A DNA stretch of 64,000 nucleotides from a virus. Lineage: Duplodnaviria > Caudoviricetes. Numbering within the stretch: position 1 is the first letter of the stretch; every line of letters begins with the position of its first letter. This document shows, one piece after another, positions 28,620-38,111 of this stretch. The stretch covers positions 4,039-68,038 of IMG/VR virus record IMGVR_UViG_3300044988_001028; one strand, written 5' to 3'. Both the position numbers and the translations under genes were made by a program. The notes under the pieces are model-generated. The model saw only the letters and a program-made list of their open reading frames with translations. It was not told the origin of the DNA and did not search any database.

Positions 28620-29039
28620 ATGATCATGAAGAAAGAAGAAAAGATTGCAAAAAAGCGTAAAGAACGAGAAAAGAAGTCCAAAGCAAAAATTCTACTAAGG
28701 CGTGAAGCTATACGCAAAGATCGCAAGGAAGAATCCAAGAAATATATGCTTGAAAAATTAGTTCAGCCAAAACAAAATCCTATTATCAACATAAAAAAGA
28801 AAGATGAATCCATGGAAGATAGAGACGCAAAAATTAAAGAGCAGCTTTTGAAAAATCAACAAATCTTGAAAGCATTAGAGGAAGAATTTTTAAAAGAACG
28901 ACAAAACAGAGATGATCTCAATGGAGATTTGGAATCCAAAGGACACGGAAATTTGCAAGATAAACTCGCAGCAATGCACAAGGAAGTTGTTGAGTCAGAA
29001 GAGAAATTGCAGAATCCAGATTCGCCCATCAATATTTAA
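28620..29039 (+). CDS. Lys/Glu-rich coiled-coil hypothetical protein
   Basis: 139-aa charged ORF. Confidence 0.6.
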   Translation: MIMKKEEKIAKKRKEREKKSKAKILLRREAIRKDRKEESKKYMLEKLVQPKQNPIINIKKKDESMEDRDAKIKEQLLKNQQILKALEEEFLKERQNRDDLNGDLESKGHGNLQDKLAAMHKEVVESEEKLQNPDSPINI

Positions 29040-29113
29040 TTTTTAAAAGAATAGTTTTTTTTATAAATTAATCTTGCAATGAATTCTAGATAATGATACT
29101 AATAAACGAAGTC

Positions 29114-29136
29114 GGACAACGAGTTGTTCGTTGTCC
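29114..29136 (+). promoter_or_regulatory. Leader hairpin upstream of the ssDNA-binding protein gene
   Basis: GGACAACGA-gttgt-TCGTTGTCC followed by an unstructured A/U-rich tract and GAGG SD. Confidence 0.55.
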
Positions 29137-29169
29137 AAACTACTTAACTTTTTAACTACGAGGTGAACT

Positions 29170-30174
29170 ATGGGAATTGACTACGAACCACTAGACATTA
29201 ACGAAATCAAAGCAGAAGCTAAACGAGTTAGCTCAGAAAGCGGCGGAGGTCTTGACAACGAGTACCTTCAAAAGTTTGTGAAGATGCCAGATCGGGATGG
29301 ATTCGTAATGATGCGATTTCTTCCAAGAAAGAAAGGTCAGCGACTCTACTGTGCGACCAGAATCCACACGCTGACAAATCCCACGACCAATCAAAAGAAA
29401 ACCTATCATTGCCCTAGAGAGCTTTCCAAAAACGAAAAAGGTGTAGAATCTTGGCGTGGTGAATGTATTATTTGCAAGTACTATTCTGACTTGTGGCAGA
29501 AGTCCGAAGGTCTTTCTGGAAAAGAACAGGAAAACCTTCAGAATAAAGCACGAGAACTCAAACCTATAGAACGCTATTATTACAATGTAATTGTGCGTTC
29601 AGAGGTTGATCCGAAGAATAAAGCTACAGCAGCTAATGTTGGACCTAAGATTTATTCTTGTGGCAAGCAAGTTCATAGCAAGATTATGAGAGCTATAACT
29701 GGCGATGAAGCTGCAGGTGAAAAATCTTTAGGAGATATCACACATCCAAAAACAGGATGTGATTTTAGGCTTGTAAAGAAGGTTGTTAAAAGTGGGAATA
29801 GAGAGTATCCAAACTATGATTTTTCAAAGTTTGAAGAAGAATCTCCCGCTGGAACACCAGAAGAACTGGAGAATTGGTTCAGCAATCTTAACGATTTGTC
29901 TGCGTTGAGAAAACTGAAGACTTCCGAAGAAATCAAGCATGGTCTTCGTGTTCATACAGGTATGGTTGTTGAAGGTGATTCGGCTGGAGAACTCGATGAG
30001 TTTTATAGCAAGTCACCAGTTCAAGCTGCTGCAAAATCTGCAGAATCTGTAATAACTGGCTCTGATGTCATCAGAGAAGAAGTTCTTGTATCCAAGAAGG
30101 TTTCAAAGAGTGTTATTGGCGAAGATGAATCTCTTGCCGATGATGATTTCTTGAAGCAACTTGACGGAATCTAA
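29170..30174 (+). CDS. gp32-like single-stranded DNA-binding protein
   Basis: MRFLP, H...CP...C.IC zinc motif, YYYNVIVR, G.DF.L.K, YPNYD.SKF, acidic tail DDDFLKQL. Confidence 0.85.
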   Translation: MGIDYEPLDINEIKAEAKRVSSESGGGLDNEYLQKFVKMPDRDGFVMMRFLPRKKGQRLYCATRIHTLTNPTTNQKKTYHCPRELSKNEKGVESWRGECIICKYYSDLWQKSEGLSGKEQENLQNKARELKPIERYYYNVIVRSEVDPKNKATAANVGPKIYSCGKQVHSKIMRAITGDEAAGEKSLGDITHPKTGCDFRLVKKVVKSGNREYPNYDFSKFEEESPAGTPEELENWFSNLNDLSALRKLKTSEEIKHGLRVHTGMVVEGDSAGELDEFYSKSPVQAAAKSAESVITGSDVIREEVLVSKKVSKSVIGEDESLADDDFLKQLDGI

Positions 30175-30186
30175 ACAATCACTTTT

Positions 30187-30220
30187 AGCGTGAACGCATC
30201 TATGGGTGTGTTCACGCTTT
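30187..30220 (+). terminator. Stem-loop (terminator or processing site) between the gp32-like gene and uvsX
   Basis: AGCGTGAACGCATC-tatg-GGTGTGTTCACGCT then TT. Confidence 0.6.
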
Positions 30221-30252
30221 ATCATATTAAAATAATATACAAAGGAGATACT

Positions 30253-31461
30253 ATGGCTCGTAAAAAAGTCGATGAAGATAATTTCTTTCAAGATTTAGCA
30301 AATGAAACTGGTGGAGATATTGTTGCTGAAATTGATAGCGTTAAATATTTTGTGGATAGTGGAAATTTGGCAATCAATTATATTTGTAGTGGAAAGTTTA
30401 TGGGTGGTGGAGTTCCGGGCGGTAAGCTTACGGAAATTTATGGTCCTTCATCTAGTTCAAAATCTTTGATTGGAACAAATGTTTTGTTCGGTTGCCAGCG
30501 TTCTGGTGGAATTGCAATTTTGGAAGATTGTGAAAATTCTGCCAATAAAGAATTTATTCAACGAGCATCACATTGCGACTTGAATAAAATTGTCAGACAT
30601 ACTCCACAAGCATTGGAAGATGTCTTTTTGAAGATGTATAAATCCATTGAATTTGTTCGATCAAAAAGAAAAGAATGTCCGATTGCTATTGTTTATGACT
30701 CCATTGGCGTAAGTCCATCGGCTAGAGAGCTTAGAGAAGTTAATCTTCCAGAAAACGCTTCGAAAGCTGATTTCAAACGCATCGTTGGTGGGCATGAGCA
30801 ACCCGGAGAAAGAGCTAAGATTTGTTCTAGAGAATTCCGAAAATTGAACACAGTTATGGAAAAGAATGATGCTACTGTTGTCATTTTGAATCAGACTCGT
30901 TCAAAAATTGGTGTTCTTTATGGAAATCCAACGACAACTGCTGGTGGTGGTAATGCTTTGCCGTTCTATGCTTCGTGTCGATTAGAAACATCGACAATGA
31001 AGAAAATAGAATATAAAATTAGTGCAAAAAAAACCAAGATTCTTGGCATTAACATTCGTGTTAAAAATGTTAAAAATAAGACTCACACACCATTTATTTC
31101 AACAGAAAACATTCAATTGCTTTTTGAACACGGAATAAATCCTGTTAGTGGCTTATTATCTTGTTTGCTTGATGCAAATAGGGTTATTGCTAAGAGTGCT
31201 GGAAATTTCATCGTTGCAGAGCCTTATAGCAATGGCGAGGAAATTAAATTCAAAGCCTCCTTGGACAAGAATGAAATTCCTCTCGAAATTTTGCTCAAAT
31301 GCCCATCGATTATTGATGCAGCATCTGAACAAGATATAATTGATTATTTGGAGCCATTTAAAGCAGCTATGGAATTCCAGATTGGTGGTGATGTCATAGA
31401 AACAGACATAACCAATCAAGAAGGAATAGATGATGAAATTGATTCAGAGATAGAAGAATAA
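30253..31461 (+). CDS. uvsX: RecA/UvsX recombinase
   Basis: GGVPGGKLTEIYGPSSSSKS, DCENS, IVYDSI, ILNQTR, GGGNALPFYASCRL, VKNK. Start after GGAG at 30253. Confidence 0.9.
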   Translation: MARKKVDEDNFFQDLANETGGDIVAEIDSVKYFVDSGNLAINYICSGKFMGGGVPGGKLTEIYGPSSSSKSLIGTNVLFGCQRSGGIAILEDCENSANKEFIQRASHCDLNKIVRHTPQALEDVFLKMYKSIEFVRSKRKECPIAIVYDSIGVSPSARELREVNLPENASKADFKRIVGGHEQPGERAKICSREFRKLNTVMEKNDATVVILNQTRSKIGVLYGNPTTTAGGGNALPFYASCRLETSTMKKIEYKISAKKTKILGINIRVKNVKNKTHTPFISTENIQLLFEHGINPVSGLLSCLLDANRVIAKSAGNFIVAEPYSNGEEIKFKASLDKNEIPLEILLKCPSIIDAASEQDIIDYLEPFKAAMEFQIGGDVIETDITNQEGIDDEIDSEIEE

Positions 31462-31898
31462 TCAATTTTATATTTGGTTTTTCCAAGCCTCTTTAAAGTT
31501 TTTCCTATATTTTTGATGTAATTTTTTGCTTTTGTTATTTGGGAATAGATGTTTTTTTCATCTATTCCTTTTTTTTTGAATTTTGCAATTAATTTATTTG
31601 TGTCTATTTCTTTTTTGCTTTGAAGTGTTTTTATTATATGTGAAAATATTAAATTGCTTTGATTTGTTTCTTTTTTGTTCAAAGTTTCAATTGTTTTATA
31701 TTCAAATTCTTCTTGTTTGCGATTTGTGTCGCAAATTTCATTTGCCAATTGTTCTAGTGATAGAGAATTTTTACTCTCAGTGCTTATTATTGAAAGATCT
31801 GCGTTAAATGTCTTAGAAAATTCGATTAAACTACTCAAATTTTTTTTATTTGTAATAAATTTTCTTTTGTCCTTCAATTCAATCATCAAATAATTCAT
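31416..31898 (-). CDS. Hypothetical basic protein
   Basis: Start MNYLMIEL after AAGGAG; 3' end overlaps uvsX antisense by 46 nt. Confidence 0.55.
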   Translation of the reverse strand: MNYLMIELKDKRKFITNKKNLSSLIEFSKTFNADLSIISTESKNSLSLEQLANEICDTNRKQEEFEYKTIETLNKKETNQSNLIFSHIIKTLQSKKEIDTNKLIAKFKKKGIDEKNIYSQITKAKNYIKNIGKTLKRLGKTKYKIDYSSISESISSSIPS

Positions 31899-31965
31899 AG
31901 AAACTCCTTGATTTAATATTACTGTATTATAAAAGAGATGTCGTTGACTTGGCAATGAGGTGACC

Positions 31966-32961
31966 ATGAATAATTGTAATAATAAAAGGCGTTTTGGAGT
32001 TGAGTTGGAAATTAATGCCTTCGATGGCAGAAGTCGTCCATTTGATTATGAATTGGGAAATTTGCCAAAAGGAATTTTTTATGTTTCTTGGCTGGTTCAA
32101 AAAGTTGTCAAAGATAAGGTGTTTATTCAAAAGTGGGGAAATAATCACAATAATGATTCTTGGATTTTAAAGCCAGATAGTAGTTGTGGGATCGAAGTAT
32201 GCACACCAGTATTAAAGGGAATTGATGGAGTGAGAAAAGTATCTGCTGTTGTCGATGCTTTTAGCAATGACGGCAATATAAAAGCAGATGAAAGATGTTC
32301 GTTTCATGTTCATGTTGATGTTCATGACCTTTCTGTTGATCAAGTCGCTTCTGTAATTAGTTGGTGGATTAAATGCGAATATGTGTTTACAAACATGGTT
32401 CCAATTAAAAGAAAAAGAAATAGATATTGCCAGTTATTGTCTTTTTCCGACATTATCGATGAAGTTGAACGCCCACTCATTAGTTCTAATACACTTATAA
32501 ATTCAATTGGGATGCATAAATATTATTCGATTAATACATATCATTTCGTAAACAATAAAAGACAGACTATTGAATTTCGCATAATGGATGCATCTGCTTG
32601 TTTGAATTATTTTGATGCAAAAAATTACATTTTATTTCTTCTTCATTTTGTAAATATTACTTCCAAATTACCATTATTGAAAAATTATGAAAAAAATAAC
32701 CAAATGACTGGTTATGCTTGGTTAGATTTCAATAAAGTCATGGAATTGCTTGGATTTGATGATGATTCTAACTTATCGTCTGGTCTGAAAGAGGTAAAAG
32801 AATGGCTTTTTATGCGTATGAAGCAGAATGTATCATGTGAGATTGATGGGGTATTTGGTAATAATTTTAAATCTCATCAATATTATGATATTTTTCAATT
32901 AGAAAAAGGTTCAACTTCACTATTGAATAATAAATTTATAGAAGATAAGTTCTTGGATTAG
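31966..32961 (+). CDS. Putative amidoligase (COOH-NH2 ligase, Amidoligase_2-like)
   Basis: RFGVELEI, WILKPDSSCGIEVCTPVL, CSFHVHV, KYYSIN, TIEFR. Confidence 0.8.
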   Translation: MNNCNNKRRFGVELEINAFDGRSRPFDYELGNLPKGIFYVSWLVQKVVKDKVFIQKWGNNHNNDSWILKPDSSCGIEVCTPVLKGIDGVRKVSAVVDAFSNDGNIKADERCSFHVHVDVHDLSVDQVASVISWWIKCEYVFTNMVPIKRKRNRYCQLLSFSDIIDEVERPLISSNTLINSIGMHKYYSINTYHFVNNKRQTIEFRIMDASACLNYFDAKNYILFLLHFVNITSKLPLLKNYEKNNQMTGYAWLDFNKVMELLGFDDDSNLSSGLKEVKEWLFMRMKQNVSCEIDGVFGNNFKSHQYYDIFQLEKGSTSLLNNKFIEDKFLD

Positions 32962-32989
32962 GATATATACCTTCATAGAAGGTGAATAT

Positions 32990-33460
32990 ATGTCGGACAA
33001 CATCACAAAGATAAAAAGTTCGATTCAAGAATTAAAAAATCTCTCAAAGATTTTGATTCCATACAATTATCCCATTAAAAATTCAGAAGCTTACGAAGAA
33101 GATCTACTTATTTTTAAAAGTAGAAAATATGTCGTTGATGGATATTCTGTAGTAGCTCATTACCAAAGATGTGATTACGAACATTATTATATGGATGTTT
33201 TACAACTTTATGGTGACTATAGCACCTTTTTGCCGATTTCTGTTAATTGTAAGATTGCAAAGTTGTTTTTAGGAAATGATGAATTGTTTCTCATAGAGAC
33301 CTATAAGCAACAAAAAAAGATATACTGTTGGACAGTTTGTTTGAACAAGGAGGAGAGGGTGATTGAATCTCCAATTCGTAAAGATGGTGACTATACACAT
33401 CGTTTCTATGATGGGTTCAAATACTTTTATATTCCTCCTAGCAAAGTTTTTTTCATTTAA
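32990..33460 (+). CDS. Hypothetical protein
   Basis: 156-aa ORF with AAGGTG SD. Confidence 0.6.
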   Translation: MSDNITKIKSSIQELKNLSKILIPYNYPIKNSEAYEEDLLIFKSRKYVVDGYSVVAHYQRCDYEHYYMDVLQLYGDYSTFLPISVNCKIAKLFLGNDELFLIETYKQQKKIYCWTVCLNKEERVIESPIRKDGDYTHRFYDGFKYFYIPPSKVFFI

Positions 33461-33480
33461 AAATTTTACGAGGTGTAATC

Positions 33481-33780
33481 ATGAGTCAAAATAAAATACA
33501 ATCTATGATTGTAGAGCATCTTATGAGGCATGGGAAAATTGAATTACTTTTGCCGGACAATGTTACATTAGAAATAGGAATAACACAAGAAAATCAAAGA
33601 GGAAAATTTATAAAGAAAAATGACTATTGTTGGGTTATGGCATCACAAAATGATCGAACAGCATGTATTGATGCATTCAATTTAGGGCTTCGTTTTGCGG
33701 ATGATAAAAACGCCTTAATACTAGAAGACAGCTTCATCAATCAAGATGGAGACCATGTAAGAAGGCTAGATGTAGTTTAA
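33481..33780 (+). CDS. Hypothetical protein
   Basis: 99-aa ORF with GAGGTG SD. Confidence 0.6.
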   Translation: MSQNKIQSMIVEHLMRHGKIELLLPDNVTLEIGITQENQRGKFIKKNDYCWVMASQNDRTACIDAFNLGLRFADDKNALILEDSFINQDGDHVRRLDVV

Positions 33781-34115
33781 ATACAATCGTATATGTTGCC
33801 TAAAGTTTTGGAATGACTTAGAATTCCTGTAGATAGTAGGAACAACTCGGTAGTTCCTACGGCAACCTTGTTTTCTGCGAGTGGAACCAAAAAGTCTACC
33901 CATATAATGAATCCATTATTTGTAAGTTGGAATCTGGATATCATTATTTGTGTTCCTTTTTGTTTATATGATGTATTGGGAACAATGTCGAAATTATTTT
34001 TATGTTCTTGGACTAAATCATTGATTGTTTTCAATAATTTTGGAGCATCTAAGAACTCAGCCCATTTGGAGACTAGTAGTTCTTCAAACTTTTTTTGGTT
34101 AAAAATCTTTTCCAT
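33777..34115 (-). CDS. Hypothetical protein
   Basis: 112-aa ORF filling the gap between plus-strand genes. Confidence 0.55.
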   Translation of the reverse strand: MEKIFNQKKFEELLVSKWAEFLDAPKLLKTINDLVQEHKNNFDIVPNTSYKQKGTQIMISRFQLTNNGFIIWVDFLVPLAENKVAVGTTELFLLSTGILSHSKTLGNIYDCI

Positions 34116-34129
34116 ATCTGAGGTATAGT

Positions 34130-34384
34130 ATGAAAAATATCGATCATTTTTTAAAAGAATACTTTTATAGGCTTTCTGATGAGAATCTAAAAGTGCTTCA
34201 TAGTAGACTTCATTTTAGGTATCAAGGCGACATTCCAGAAGTCTTGAATTTTGTTGGAAATAACAAAGATCTTGACAGATGGCTTGGCGGAGCATCTGGA
34301 TGCTTTGATTTTTATGGCATGGTTGACACTATGCACGAAGCTGTAAATCGTGAATATCAAAAGAGATTTGATATTCACCGCTAA
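34130..34384 (+). CDS. Hypothetical protein
   Basis: 84-aa ORF with GAGG SD. Confidence 0.6.
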   Translation: MKNIDHFLKEYFYRLSDENLKVLHSRLHFRYQGDIPEVLNFVGNNKDLDRWLGGASGCFDFYGMVDTMHEAVNREYQKRFDIHR

Positions 34385-34436
34385 TAAATTTAATAGCAGA
34401 CAAGTCTAAATAATCATATCCAGACGATGGAGATAA

Positions 34437-34895
34437 ATGATTATTTGGACTTGTCCTATTTGTAAAACCGATGATTTGACATTGAGATATAGTTCTGGAA
34501 AAATGCGTACATGCAAAGATTGTCAGAAATATAAAAATATTCAAGCAAATTGTTCTGTCAAAAGAAAAAGAAAAAAAACTCCTCAAGTCGCTATCACTCA
34601 AGAAGAATTTCTCACATGGATAAAATCACATGTGAGAAAATGTTTTTATTGTGGTGTCACAGAAGCAGAACTTTTAAATTTATCAATATATTCACAAATT
34701 GGATTGTTAGTTGAATCATTGGGCGTAGATCGCATCGATAGCGATAAGGATTACACGCTTGATAATATCGTTCTTTGCTGTCTCGCATGCAATAAAGTAA
34801 AGAGCAATAGTTTTAGCCAAGAGGAAATGGGATCTTTGGGAAAGACCATTTCGCAAATTTGGCAAATTAGAAAAGAAAATAAAATCAATTTTTAA
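34437..34895 (+). CDS. Zinc-ribbon plus HNH-type endonuclease
   Basis: CPIC...CKDC; CFYCG...GVDRIDSDKDYTLDNIVLCCLACNKVKS. Confidence 0.75.
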   Translation: MIIWTCPICKTDDLTLRYSSGKMRTCKDCQKYKNIQANCSVKRKRKKTPQVAITQEEFLTWIKSHVRKCFYCGVTEAELLNLSIYSQIGLLVESLGVDRIDSDKDYTLDNIVLCCLACNKVKSNSFSQEEMGSLGKTISQIWQIRKENKINF

Positions 34896-34962
34896 ATGTT
34901 ATCTTTCCCAACAAAGCTGCTTTTGCTATCATGTGCAATTCAACCTTAAGAGAAATAATGTT

Positions 34963-36987
34963 ATGAGCGAATTGATTCAAATAATAGATCAGACCGATCT
35001 GGTTCCTTGTTCGAAATATCCATACGCAAAATGGGAATATGAAAATTTCAATCCAGTTCAAAGTAGAATTTTTGAAGTTTTTGAAAATGATGCTAATTTT
35101 TTGGTTTCCGCAAGAACTAGTGCCGGAAAAACTGTTATTGCTGAAATGTTTTTGGCTCAAGAAATTCGTAAGCGTGGTGGCAAAGGAATGTTTCTTGCAC
35201 CATTAAAAGCCTTGGCTCAAGAAAAAATAGACCAATGGACAGACTTGTCATATCATTTTCATGATTTGAATATTTCAATATGCACAGGCGATTATAGAAT
35301 TACCGAAAAAAGACAACAAGAATTGTCAAAATCAAATCTAATCATTATGACTTCAGAAATGCTCAACCATAGGGCAAGAAATATCAATTCTGAAAAAAGT
35401 GCTTATCTGAAAGAAATAGGAACTTTAGTAATTGATGAATCTCACCTTTTGACAGTTCCCGGAAGAGGCGAACATCTTGAGGTTGGATTGATGAAATTCA
35501 CTCAAATTAATCCAAATTGTCGGATTGTTCTTTTGTCTGCAACTATGCCAAATGTGAGTCAAATCGCAGAATGGTTATGTGAACTCAATAAAAAGAAAAC
35601 TTATATTTTGAATTCTGAGTATAGACCAGTGCCTTTAGGAATTCACTATGAAAACTACGATGATGAGCATTGTTATTCTTATGATATTGAAGAAAAGGCA
35701 AAGATTGACAAAGCTTTGGATATTATAAACGATTATCCCGATGATAAATTTTTGGTTTTTGCACACACAAAAAGAACTGGCGATTTGATAACTCGTACAT
35801 TGAAAGCTAATTCAATTGATTCAGAGTTTCATAATGCAGATTTGGATAAAGATAAAAGAATTGATTTAGAAAGAAGATTTAAGAAAAAAGATGGCTTGAG
35901 AATTATTGTTGCAACTCCAACTTTGGCTTGGGGAGTGAATACACCTGCTAGGCGTGTGATTATACTTGGAGTTCATCGTGGCAAGGATGAAGTAGAAACT
36001 TATAATGTGACTCAAATGGTCGGTAGATCAGGACGATTAGGAATTGATCCTCGTGGCGATGCTTATATCTTATTGCCAAACTCTAATGCAAAAAGACATC
36101 GTGACAGATTGAATACTCCACAGAATATTACTTCTAAACTTTTAGAGAAGCCAAGAAATCTCGCATTTCATTTGGTGAGTGAAATTCATCATAGATCAAT
36201 TGAAAATGTTGCAGATATTAAGAAGTGGTATGAAAGATCATTGGCTAGTTTTCAAGCAAGGAATCTTAATCAGACTTATATCAGCGAATTGCTTGTCGAA
36301 ATGATCGATAGAAAAATTGTTCATAACGATGATGGTAATTTGGAAGTTTCTAGTGTTGGAAAAATAGCAAGCATTTTTTATTACTCTCCGTTTGACATTG
36401 CTGATTACAGTAGAAATTTTTATTTTCTATTTAAGGAAAAAAAACAAAACTCTGATTTACATGTTGCTTTGGCTTTGGCAAAAATTGATACCAATAGAGC
36501 AAATATAGTCAACACTGCAGAAAAACAAGAAATGAGCTTGTTCGACAAAAGACTACAAAAAGATTTTTATTCAGAATATAAATTTTTAACAGAAGGAATC
36601 AAGAAATCTGCCTTTTGTTATTTCAATTTGTTGAATGGATCGTATGTAACGGCTTTGGCTGGATATCAAAGAAGTTTGCAAAGCGAATTTGAAAGAATAC
36701 AGCAGATATTGATTGCACTTGATTCTATGAGTGGGAAATGGGGTCAAGAGTCATTTTTAAGGGATTTGGGAAGTCGCATTAGACATGGAGTGCCAGCACA
36801 TCTTATAAATTTGTGTCAGTTGCCAAATGTAGGGAAAGTTAGAGCGACAAAGTTATATGATTTGGGATATAAAGATGTTGATTCTGTTGCCGAATTGGAT
36901 GATGCCAAATTGAAAAAAATATTGAATCTTAAAGAAGATTTGGTCAAAGAAATAAAAAGCGTTGCATTAAGACTTTCTGCGCTTTAA
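34963..36987 (+). CDS. Ski2/Hel308-like SF2 helicase with C-terminal HhH
   Basis: FNPVQS, ARTSAGKT, APLKALAQE, IDESH, LSATMPN, RPVPL, TPTLAWGVNTPA, QMVGRSGR.G.D..G, LPNVGKVRA. Confidence 0.9.
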   Translation: MSELIQIIDQTDLVPCSKYPYAKWEYENFNPVQSRIFEVFENDANFLVSARTSAGKTVIAEMFLAQEIRKRGGKGMFLAPLKALAQEKIDQWTDLSYHFHDLNISICTGDYRITEKRQQELSKSNLIIMTSEMLNHRARNINSEKSAYLKEIGTLVIDESHLLTVPGRGEHLEVGLMKFTQINPNCRIVLLSATMPNVSQIAEWLCELNKKKTYILNSEYRPVPLGIHYENYDDEHCYSYDIEEKAKIDKALDIINDYPDDKFLVFAHTKRTGDLITRTLKANSIDSEFHNADLDKDKRIDLERRFKKKDGLRIIVATPTLAWGVNTPARRVIILGVHRGKDEVETYNVTQMVGRSGRLGIDPRGDAYILLPNSNAKRHRDRLNTPQNITSKLLEKPRNLAFHLVSEIHHRSIENVADIKKWYERSLASFQARNLNQTYISELLVEMIDRKIVHNDDGNLEVSSVGKIASIFYYSPFDIADYSRNFYFLFKEKKQNSDLHVALALAKIDTNRANIVNTAEKQEMSLFDKRLQKDFYSEYKFLTEGIKKSAFCYFNLLNGSYVTALAGYQRSLQSEFERIQQILIALDSMSGKWGQESFLRDLGSRIRHGVPAHLINLCQLPNVGKVRATKLYDLGYKDVDSVAELDDAKLKKILNLKEDLVKEIKSVALRLSAL

Positions 36988-37737
36988 CCTGTTTACTCTT
37001 TCCATTAGCTTTGCTATGTTTAAATAGCCCTTTGCACCTTTTTTCACAGATCTAGCTCTAAAGAATACCTTTGCAGCAAGAAGGCTCTTTGGTGTGCATT
37101 GAGTGTCAATCCAGCAGGGTGTGCAACAATCTGCATTTATTCCTGTTGGCTCAAGTGAAACAACAATTGGATCTCCATCGGCAACAAATACGCTATCTTC
37201 TTCTTCTGTTATTGTTGTGCCATTTATTACTAGATCGAATTCGCAATCACCATCGATTTTTGTGGCAAATACAAAGCCATCACCAACCATTCTTAACGAC
37301 ACATCTGGATCAAAGTTTGTTTGCCCTTCTGTTCCATCTACTATTTCTATGCAACAGCTATCAACAGTTAATTGAATTTCTACCACTTCGCATGGCACTG
37401 AACAGCTTCCCCCAAGAGCAAAAACATAATTATCTGAATTTTTATTTGATTTTTTTTTAAATTTTGGAAAAGGTATGAGATGAGATCCAATGTTTATAGT
37501 TTCCCAATTTTCTTTTTCAAATAATTCTCTTAGTAATGGTGCCGGTTCTTCTGGCGGAGTTGGATCTTCGCATTTACATCCTTCGGGATAATCTACTTCG
37601 TCATAAGCTGGTCCTATTTCAAAAAAAAGACTAACACTAGTGCAGCATGGTGGTGGACAACATTTAGAATCTGAGCATGAGCAACCACAGACTGGATCTC
37701 CTGCAATACCATTTTTAAAAGGACCTTCACAAGCCAT
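36967..37737 (-). CDS. Cys-rich hypothetical protein
   Basis: 256 aa with clustered Cys (CGCSCSDSKCCPPPCC) and a basic C-terminus. Confidence 0.6.
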   Translation of the reverse strand: MACEGPFKNGIAGDPVCGCSCSDSKCCPPPCCTSVSLFFEIGPAYDEVDYPEGCKCEDPTPPEEPAPLLRELFEKENWETINIGSHLIPFPKFKKKSNKNSDNYVFALGGSCSVPCEVVEIQLTVDSCCIEIVDGTEGQTNFDPDVSLRMVGDGFVFATKIDGDCEFDLVINGTTITEEEDSVFVADGDPIVVSLEPTGINADCCTPCWIDTQCTPKSLLAAKVFFRARSVKKGAKGYLNIAKLMERVNRLKRRKS

Positions 37738-37740
37738 TAC

Positions 37741-38013
37741 TTATTGATTCTCTTGTTTTCCGAAGAAATTCTGTGGATATTCAATCTTAACAATGCCGTT
37801 TTCTTTTGTTGGATTGCCCTCCTTATCTTCTGTCCACCATCTGACTTGCTGAACTTCAATCCCAAGTTCATCCATATGACATCTATCATTTTTATCTACT
37901 GGCAGATGATGTTCAGTGCCATCAATTAGAACTGCAACTTTACATTCTTTTTTTTCATGATTGTAAAGCAAACAATTTTTACATATTGGTTCTATTTTTT
38001 TCATAGGTATCAT
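37741..38013 (-). CDS. Hypothetical protein (CxxC)
   Basis: CKNC...C...C. Confidence 0.55.
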   Translation of the reverse strand: MIPMKKIEPICKNCLLYNHEKKECKVAVLIDGTEHHLPVDKNDRCHMDELGIEVQQVRWWTEDKEGNPTKENGIVKIEYPQNFFGKQENQ

Positions 38014-38111
38014 AAGAAATTATAAGTGACAATTGGTTATAAAAAACAGACTTGGCTGTTGATAAAAATTTATAAATGATTTATGATTACTAAAACAACG
38101 AGGATTTCATT

